From: an uncultured Christensenella sp.
GTDB taxonomy: Bacteria; Bacillota; Clostridia; Christensenellales; UBA3700
Length of the DNA stretch: 64,000 nucleotides
NCBI GenBank assembly: GCA_910584635.1
Contig: CAJUBA010000001.1
Span: 108,176-172,175 of the forward strand
Reading direction: 5' to 3'
Shown: piece by piece, positions 58,037 to 64,000 of the stretch
How positions within the stretch are numbered: the stretch's first letter is position 1
Layout: each line of letters begins with the position of its first letter
Notes under the pieces: generated by a model
Told to the model about the DNA's origin: nothing
Databases searched by the model: none
Seen by the model: only the letters and a program-made list of their open reading frames with translations
Made by a program: the position numbers and the translations under genes

Positions 58037-58516
58037 ATGAGCGATAAGGCATTGGTTGTTATAGATATTCAAAAAGACATTACAAAAAACTACAAATAAA
58101 TCATAGGAAACATAAACAAGGCTATTGATTGGGCGATTGACAATAATATTCACATTGTTTATATTAAACATAATAATTTATCCGCAGGAACAAGAACGTT
58201 TAACCCAAACACGCGCGGAGCGGAATTAGTAGACGATATGAAAATTGCATCAGAGAATATATTTGTCAAGAGTAAAGGCAACGCGTTGACTAGCGACGGA
58301 TTTGCCGATTATGTAGACGCGAATAATATTAAAGAATTTTATATAGCAGGCGCAGATGCTATTGCTTGCGTAAAATCGACGTGTTATAATATGGCAAAGA
58401 ACGGCTATACGGTTCACGTGCTGTAAGATTGTATTACCAGTTACGATAAAAAGAAAATCCCTGAAATGTTAGATTACTACGAACGCGTCGGTTGTAGCAT
58501 TGAAACGTTGAGTTAA
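58037..58516 (+). pseudogene. isochorismatase/cysteine-hydrolase-family gene interrupted by two in-frame TAA codons
   Basis: A single frame reads MSDKALVVIDIQKDITKNYK*IIGNINKAIDWAIDNNIHIVYIKH...EFYIAGADAIACVKSTCYNMAKNGYTVHVL*DCITSYDKKKIPEMLDYYERVGCSIETLS*. The stops are at 58097-58099 and 58424-58426. There is no frameshift. The promoter (TTGAAA 57963-57968, 17 nt, TATAAT 57986-57991) and the SD are intact. Confidence 0.75.
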
Positions 58517-58604
58517 ATAAATGCAATTTTTTGATTTTAAGTAAAAGAAAATCAATACACTTTATAACTGATTTATCAATACGTAAACAAATGAGGCATA
58601 GAAT

Positions 58605-59123
58605 ATGGAATTTAATTATAAGAGAATATTGATAATCGGTTGCGGCGGAGCGGGAAAAAGCACGCTTGCAAGACAACTCGGTAAAAAATTGAATTTACCT
58701 GTTGTTCATCTTGATAAGATTTGGTGGCTACCTAATTGGCAAAACAGAACGAAAGAAGAATTCGATATTTTACTAAAAGAGGAATTGACAAAATCTTGTT
58801 GGATTATCGACGGAAATTATCAGCGTACTTTCGAACAGAGATTGAGTTTTGCAGATTTCTGTATATTTCTTGATTATTCAACCTCGCTATGTATTAAAAG
58901 CGTTCATGACAGAGTTAAGCAATTCAGCGGTAAAAGCCGTCCGGATATGACGGAAGGGTGTTTAGAGATGGTAGATTCCGAATTCGAAGAATGGATATAT
59001 AATTTTCAAAGCGACGTAAAGCCGAAAATGATGTCCGTACTTCAGAATAGCGAGGTTCCGTTTATCGTTTTTAATGATAGAGAGTCGACGGAATCGTGGT
59101 TAAACTCGTTCAATAATAATTGA
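58605..59123 (+). CDS. FlaR-like topology-modulation / adenylate-kinase-fold P-loop protein
   Basis: ILIIGCGGAGKSTLARQLGKKLNLPVVHLDKIWWLPNW...WIIDGNY...GKSRPDMTEGC closely matches my recollection of Bacillus FlaR-type proteins. Confidence 0.8.
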   Translation: MEFNYKRILIIGCGGAGKSTLARQLGKKLNLPVVHLDKIWWLPNWQNRTKEEFDILLKEELTKSCWIIDGNYQRTFEQRLSFADFCIFLDYSTSLCIKSVHDRVKQFSGKSRPDMTEGCLEMVDSEFEEWIYNFQSDVKPKMMSVLQNSEVPFIVFNDRESTESWLNSFNNN

Positions 59124-59220
59124 AAAATGAAATAAAAAATTTTTTTATACTTTATTACAATATTTGACATCTTAATCGTATATGTTATAATAAGAATATC
59201 TTATAAGTGTGAGGTTTGTC

Positions 59221-59694
59221 ATGGATAGGCAAGTAAAGCAAATGGGAGTATTCGGAACTATAATAATTCTTATTATAGGAATAGGAATTCTGTTTGGCGC
59301 TACTTATTATAAAAAGCATTTGGATAACAAATACGGAGATTGGATTCATATTAAAGCAACAGTAGTTGATTATGAAAAAGAGTATAAAAGAGATTCCGAT
59401 CATGGATACGATTGGTATTATCGCGAAATTGTAGAATACGAAGTAGACGGAAATGTTTATAAACAGACAAGCCAATCGTCATCCAATATAAGACCTATTA
59501 TCGGATCCACCAGAGATATTGCTTATAATCCTAACGATCCGCAAGACAGCGTCTTTTATACAAAAGATAAGAATTTGCTGTCAATTATCCTTTATGCGAT
59601 GGGCGGATTGTTTACGATAGCAGGCGTAGCGGGATTGACGTCAAAAATTTTGAAAAAACGCAGAGTAAAACAAGAAGACGGTCCGCTATTGTAA
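59221..59694 (+). CDS. DUF3592-type membrane protein
   Basis: An N-terminal TM helix, a beta-rich middle (ATVVDYEKEY...VEYEVDGNVY...IAYNPNDPQDSVF) and a second TM helix. Own promoter (TTGACA 59164-59169, TATAAT 59186-59191). The ATG at 59221 behind GAGG is preferred over the GTG at 59209. Confidence 0.65.
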   Translation: MDRQVKQMGVFGTIIILIIGIGILFGATYYKKHLDNKYGDWIHIKATVVDYEKEYKRDSDHGYDWYYREIVEYEVDGNVYKQTSQSSSNIRPIIGSTRDIAYNPNDPQDSVFYTKDKNLLSIILYAMGGLFTIAGVAGLTSKILKKRRVKQEDGPLL

Positions 59695-59856
59695 AACACG
59701 AAGATTCATATTGAAATATTTTGAGAAAAAAGCATGTCATATTGTATAGAGTTATATTTCAAAGAATGATATAAATTTTAATAATAATATTTCTTGACAT
59801 ACATTTTACATTCTGCTATTATATCTTTGTAAAAATAAAATCATAAGAGGAGCGTT

Positions 59857-60795
59857 ATGAATAAGAAACTTGCTGAGTTCTGTACGTCGAAGGGTATGGC
59901 GGTTAACGGTATGCAGGCTTATGGCGTCATAAACGAATATGAAGTCAACGTAAAAGAACTCAATGTGAATCAAGCGTCCAACAGCGGGGAGTATCCATAT
60001 CAATTCCATTTTTCTTTTTACGCTACGGACGATCAAAAACGCATTATGAAAAATGCGTTAGACGACGCTAAAATTAAGCGCTGTCAATTTCATTTTACCG
60101 AATACGGATTGTATGTTGCATTAACAGACTTTACGCTTGGCAAATTGATAGAGAGGTTGCCTTCGCTTTTCGAATTGTTCATCTCTACGATTTCGAATAA
60201 CGGCGGTCTTAACCGCCAGTACTGCCCGATGTGCGGCAAAGAATTCTGCGATAATAAGCAAGAATTGAAACTAGACGGATTTTCGATAGGCATCGACAGC
60301 GATTGTAAAGACAGCATAAATGCCGCTATCGAATCAGAAAATAAAGCGTTTGAAGAAGCGCCTAACAATTATCTCAAAGGCGTATGTGGGGCGTTGGTCG
60401 GCGGAGTAATAGGAATAGTAGTCGCTATCATATTGTTTAATATGGGCTTCTATTCGTCTATTGCGGCAATCGTATCGATAGTAGTCGGAACTTTGCTTTA
60501 TAAAAAATTCGGCGGCAAACCTACGAAGATGATGATAGTTATCGTATCTATGGTAACTCTTGTATTTATGGCGATTTCGGTATTCTTATGTTATTTTATA
60601 GACGCGGGAATTGCCGCTAAAGAAGTCGGTTTGGATATTTCCGCATTCGAAGCGTTCAAAATTATTATGGATGACGAAGAGATCGCAGGTATGTTCAGAG
60701 TTGATATGATAATGGTATTGTTGTTCTCGATTATCGGCGTAGTATTGGAATCGGTTTATATTTCAAAATCGTTAAAGAGAAAACAAAAAATTTAA
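59857..60795 (+). CDS. hypothetical membrane protein: soluble N-terminal domain of about 165 aa with a Cys cluster, plus four C-terminal TM helices
   Basis: SD AGAGGAG. Own promoter (TTGACA 59794-59799, 17 nt, TATTAT 59817-59822). CPMCGKEFC motif, then four hydrophobic stretches from about residue 175. No family was recognised. Confidence 0.6.
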   Translation: MNKKLAEFCTSKGMAVNGMQAYGVINEYEVNVKELNVNQASNSGEYPYQFHFSFYATDDQKRIMKNALDDAKIKRCQFHFTEYGLYVALTDFTLGKLIERLPSLFELFISTISNNGGLNRQYCPMCGKEFCDNKQELKLDGFSIGIDSDCKDSINAAIESENKAFEEAPNNYLKGVCGALVGGVIGIVVAIILFNMGFYSSIAAIVSIVVGTLLYKKFGGKPTKMMIVIVSMVTLVFMAISVFLCYFIDAGIAAKEVGLDISAFEAFKIIMDDEEIAGMFRVDMIMVLLFSIIGVVLESVYISKSLKRKQKI

Positions 60796-60810
60796 TAAGT
60801 ATTGTCTTAA

Positions 60811-60848
60811 ACGCAAAAAGTCCGGACCTAGGTTCGGACTTTTTGCGT
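60811..60848 (+). terminator. strong hairpin closing the accessory islet
   Basis: ACGCAAAAAGTCCG GACCTAGGTT CGGACTTTTTGCGT. Confidence 0.7.
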
Positions 60849-60987
60849 TATTAAATTATATGATATGCCGATATACGGCATTATATTTTATAATCTATAA
60901 TTAGTTTTATTTCTACAAAAATTACAATTTTTAATTAAGTTTGATGTGCTAAACTTGCTGTATGACTAATGTTGCGGAGGTATAATT

Positions 60988-61296
60988 ATGCGCATTGAAT
61001 TATCAATCAAAGCGGATAGCGCTGTTGCCAAATTAGACGGCGAATTGGACGAGGGTTGCGTAAAAAACGTCAGAGAGAAAATAGACGGTTTTATACGCAA
61101 CAACTATTTCGGACAATTTGTTTTTGATTTTTCAGGATTGTCGTTTATGGACAGCACAGGAATAGGAATGTTGTTGGGCAGATATAAGCAATTAAAAAAG
61201 CGAAATATCCCCATATATATCAGTAATGCAAAGGGACACGTAGATTTTATTTTATCTACTGCCGGCATTTACACAATTATGAAGAAAATAAGTTAA
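60988..61296 (+). CDS. spoIIAA: anti-sigma-F factor antagonist SpoIIAA (STAS domain)
   Basis: 102 aa with the phosphorylation-site context FMDSTGIGMLLGRYK. First gene of the spoIIA operon. Confidence 0.88.
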   Translation: MRIELSIKADSAVAKLDGELDEGCVKNVREKIDGFIRNNYFGQFVFDFSGLSFMDSTGIGMLLGRYKQLKKRNIPIYISNAKGHVDFILSTAGIYTIMKKIS

Positions 61297-61308
61297 AGCG
61301 AGGTTATT

Positions 61309-61731
61309 ATGAACAGATTTACTATGAAATTATTGGCGAAGACAGGAAACGAAGGTTTTGCAAGAAGTTCGGTATCGGCGTTTTGTCTGGAATTGAATCC
61401 ATCCTTAGAGGAAATAAACGATATTAAAACGGCTGTTTCGGAGGCTGTAACCAACTGTATTGTACACGCTTACGGCGGTAAAGAGGATAAATATATCGAT
61501 ATATCGGTCAGTTTAGAAGACCAAAAAGCGGAAATAATAATAGAGGACGAAGGTTGCGGAATAGCGGACGTTGATAAGGCTGTTCAACCGTTTTTTACTA
61601 CTAAACCCGAACAAGAAAGAAGCGGCATGGGATTTACGTTAATTCAGACGTTTATGGATAAAGTTGAGATAATTTCGCAAAAGGATAAAGGCACAAAAGT
61701 TGTAATGCAAAAACAAATAAAGAAGGATTGA
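61309..61731 (+). CDS. spoIIAB: anti-sigma-F factor / serine kinase SpoIIAB
   Basis: GHKL ATPase motifs are present (EAVTNCIVHAY, DEGCGI, GMGFTL). 140 aa. Confidence 0.9.
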   Translation: MNRFTMKLLAKTGNEGFARSSVSAFCLELNPSLEEINDIKTAVSEAVTNCIVHAYGGKEDKYIDISVSLEDQKAEIIIEDEGCGIADVDKAVQPFFTTKPEQERSGMGFTLIQTFMDKVEIISQKDKGTKVVMQKQIKKD

Positions 61732-61732
61732 T

Positions 61733-62446
61733 ATGCTTGATTACGAAACTACCTTAAAATTGTTGGAACTTGCCAAAAACGGCGACGACGACGCAAAAGG
61801 CAAGTTGATAAACTCAAATATGCCGTTGATAAAGAGTATTGCAAGACGGTATCGGAATAAGCAAGTCGAATACGACGACCTGTTGCAGTTGGGCGCTTTG
61901 GGATTGGTAAAAGCAATAAACAACTTCGATTGTTCTTACAATGTTAAGTTTTCAACTTATGCGGTACCCATGATTGCGGGAGAAATAAAAAGGTTTATAA
62001 GAGACGACGGATCTATAAAGGTTTCTCGCGCAATGAAAAGTCTTTGCTCTAAAATACAGAGTTATCTCAACGAGCAATATGCGCAAAATAACACGCCTTC
62101 GATTAAAAATATAGCCGAACATTTCGGAATCGACGAGCAGGAAGTTGTTTTTGCGATGGATAGCAACAAATATCCCGTATCTATTTTTGAAAAATATGAG
62201 GACGATAACAATCAGTGCGTCATGGATAAACTCGCTTCCAACGAGAATAACGACGACGTTATCAACAAAATATTATTGAAAGATTATATAAATTCTCTTC
62301 CCGAAAGGGAGAAGAAGGTAATAATACTAAGATATTACAGGGATAAGACTCAAAGCGAAATAGCGCAACTTTTAGGCGTGTCGCAAGTGCAAATTTCGCG
62401 GATAGAAAGCAAGGTTATAAGCCAGTTGAAGCAAGCGCTGGCTTGA
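61733..62446 (+). CDS. sigF: RNA polymerase sporulation sigma factor SigF
   Basis: Sigma-70 regions 2-4 (DDLLQLGALGLVKAINNFD, FSTYAVPMIAGEIKRFIRDD, QSEIAQLLGVSQVQISRIE) directly after spoIIAB. Confidence 0.9.
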   Translation: MLDYETTLKLLELAKNGDDDAKGKLINSNMPLIKSIARRYRNKQVEYDDLLQLGALGLVKAINNFDCSYNVKFSTYAVPMIAGEIKRFIRDDGSIKVSRAMKSLCSKIQSYLNEQYAQNNTPSIKNIAEHFGIDEQEVVFAMDSNKYPVSIFEKYEDDNNQCVMDKLASNENNDDVINKILLKDYINSLPEREKKVIILRYYRDKTQSEIAQLLGVSQVQISRIESKVISQLKQALA

Positions 62447-62508
62447 GAGAAATCAATTTGTATAAATCGCTTCCGTTTGGACAACATCTAATCGGGGGTG
62501 ATTTTTTT

Positions 62509-62640
62509 ATGAAAAGTCCGTTGTTCAAAGATAATGTCGAGGATAAAGAAATTAAGTTTTTATTGCCCGAAGACAAGGATATAGTAGTAAATAAAGCCGT
62601 ACAGAAAACAGCGATGGAGGATATTGGAAATGGAAGATAA
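62509..62640 (+). CDS. candidate 43-aa small ORF between sigF and spoVAC (speculative)
   Basis: GGGGGTG SD 8 nt before the ATG at 62509. The ORF (MKSPLFKDNVEDKEIKFLLPEDKDIVVNKAVQKTAMEDIGNGR) ends 11 nt inside spoVAC. No homology was recognised. Confidence 0.25.
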   Translation: MKSPLFKDNVEDKEIKFLLPEDKDIVVNKAVQKTAMEDIGNGR

Positions 62641-63073
62641 ACAATATATGGAGTACGTTCATACCCATGCGCAAAAGAGCAGTCATGTAACTACGCTGAT
62701 ATGGGCGTTTGCAGTAGGAGGATTTATATGTTGTATAGGTCAAGCGTTTGCCGATATATTCGGAGCGGTTTTGCCAAATTGGGAAAAATCAAAAATTGCG
62801 GCTCTTGTAAGCATGATTATGATTTTTTTAGGATCCTTTCTTACTGCTATCGGCGTATACGATAAAATAGGCGTTCACGCGGGAGGCGGTTCGATAGTTC
62901 CGATTACGGGTTTTGCAAATTCTGTAGTTTCTCCCGCAATGGAATTTAATAAAGAGGGAATAGTTCTCGGCATGATGGCAAAAATGTTTGTCGTAGCCGG
63001 ACCTATTATTGTTGCAGGTACGGTTTCGTCGGTTGTAACAGGCTTTATATATTGGATTGTCGGTTTGTTTTAA
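62630..63073 (+). CDS. spoVAC: stage V sporulation protein AC
   Basis: LIWAFAVGGFICCIGQAFADIF...PITGFANSVVSPAMEF. The ATG at 62630 behind GGAGG is preferred over the TTG at 62624. Confidence 0.88.
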   Translation: MEDKQYMEYVHTHAQKSSHVTTLIWAFAVGGFICCIGQAFADIFGAVLPNWEKSKIAALVSMIMIFLGSFLTAIGVYDKIGVHAGGGSIVPITGFANSVVSPAMEFNKEGIVLGMMAKMFVVAGPIIVAGTVSSVVTGFIYWIVGLF

Positions 63074-63082
63074 GGAGTTGTT

Positions 63083-64000
63083 ATGAAAGTAGGTAAACAG
63101 ACGTATTTGTTGGATAATAACGTATATATTCAATCCGCTTATTCTTTAGCGGGTCCGTATGAGTCCAAAGGTAATTTCAGAGAATATTACGACGCGGTAA
63201 TGGAAGACGACGAATGGAAATGTAAGTCGCACGAAATGGCTGAAATACAAATGCAAAGATTTGTTATAGGAGAATGTCTTTCCAGAGTAAACGTAAATCC
63301 TATGGATTGCGACGCTCTTATGGGAGGAGATTTGATAAATCAGATAGTGCCTACGTCTTTTTCCGCAAGAGATTTCAGAACTCCGTTTATGGGACTTTAT
63401 AATGCTTGCGCTACGTTCGGAGAAGCGCTCGCAATTGGCTCGACTTTGGTAAACGGCGATTTCGATAAAGTAGTGTGCTGTACGAGTTCTCACTATGCGA
63501 CGGCAGAAAGACAGTACAGGTATCCTCTTGAATTGGGAACTCAGCCAACGCCTGAGTCGCAGTGGACGGTTACGGGAAGCGGAGCGGTATTGCTTTCCAA
63601 AAAGCCGGGAGATTATCCTATGGTTAAAGGTTATACTATAGGTAGAGTAATAGATTTCGGTTTAAGCGATCCCAACAATATGGGAGGAGCGATGGCGCCG
63701 GCGGCTTCCAATACGATTATCAGTCATTTCCGCGATACCGGACGCTCTCCTGATTACTACGATTTGATTATTACCGGAGATTTGGGAAGATTCGGAAGAG
63801 AAACGTTGCATTATCTGTGTAAAAAAGAAGGATATGTGTTGGATAATCTAAACGATTGCGGAAGTCTGGTATTCAGCGATAAGCAAAAGGCTGGTCAAGG
63901 CGGTTCGGGCGCGGGATGCTGTTCATTGGTATTCGCCGCGTATCTGTATAAAAAATTGTTGGACAAATCGTTGAAGAAAATACTGTTTGTGCCTACCGGC
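63083..64000 (+). CDS. spoVAD: stage V sporulation protein AD (3'-truncated by the window edge)
   Basis: SD AAGGAG. The frame stays open to the end of the window, so it is absent from the ORF track. Thiolase-like sequence: MKVGKQTYLL...GLYNACATFGEALAIG...TSSHYATAERQYRYPLELG...GGSGAGC. Confidence 0.85.
   Translation, partial: MKVGKQTYLLDNNVYIQSAYSLAGPYESKGNFREYYDAVMEDDEWKCKSHEMAEIQMQRFVIGECLSRVNVNPMDCDALMGGDLINQIVPTSFSARDFRTPFMGLYNACATFGEALAIGSTLVNGDFDKVVCCTSSHYATAERQYRYPLELGTQPTPESQWTVTGSGAVLLSKKPGDYPMVKGYTIGRVIDFGLSDPNNMGGAMAPAASNTIISHFRDTGRSPDYYDLIITGDLGRFGRETLHYLCKKEGYVLDNLNDCGSLVFSDKQKAGQGGSGAGCCSLVFAAYLYKKLLDKSLKKILFVPTG

Noticed and set aside
62443-62508. The longer 65-aa version of the sigF-spoVAC spacer ORF in the track.
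   Set aside because: Its start overlaps the sigF stop and has no SD. Only the internal ATG at 62509 has a plausible ribosome-binding site, and even that ORF is kept only as a low-confidence candidate.

Overview
This 64-kb window is a chromosomal segment of a low-GC, endospore-forming Firmicute. Gene content looks Clostridia-like and local gene order resembles Bacillus subtilis. All calls were made by eye from motifs, gene order and hand folding; no database, HMM or covariance search was run.

Core content, almost all on the plus strand:
- padR / DUF1700 / DUF4097 module, then a minus-strand M29 aminopeptidase.
- ytxC-like gene, Thr T-box leader and thrS; a lipoprotein metallophosphatase.
- L20 leader with infC-rpmI-rplT; a TrmH-family methylase; a DUF1292 protein.
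- secD-secF, recJ-relA-dtd, an MBL hydrolase and a hemZ-like radical SAM gene.
- rpsO and pnp; a PdaB/YlxY-type deacetylase and an M16 peptidase.
- ftsK, then pgsA-rimO-cinA(C-terminal)-recA-rny.
- Two sporulation-type DD-carboxypeptidases, an M50 protease, scpA-scpB, ytfI/ytfJ-like genes and rluB.
- A five-gene biotin/Na+ decarboxylase operon.
- surE, a BaiN-like flavoprotein, a cmk-plsC fusion and an ispH-rpsA fusion.
- A six-tRNA array (Pro, CAU, Asp, Phe, Thr, Tyr).
- spoIIAA-spoIIAB-sigF-spoVAC and a partial spoVAD.

Loci that stand out:
- A tandem pair of signal-less BspA-type LRR paralogues wedged between pnp and the ylxY-like gene.
- A minus-strand pair made of a receiver-less Spo0A C-terminal-domain protein and a polytopic membrane protein.
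- The decarboxylase operon, which encodes two unrelated carboxyltransferases but only one biotin carrier and one Na+ pump.
- Two adjacent, overlapping gene fusions (Cmk-PlsC and IspH-S1).
- A 4.7-kb accessory islet between the tRNA array and the spoIIA operon. It includes an isochorismatase-family gene interrupted only by two in-frame TAA codons.

I recognised no rRNA gene, CRISPR array, transposase, integrase or phage gene.
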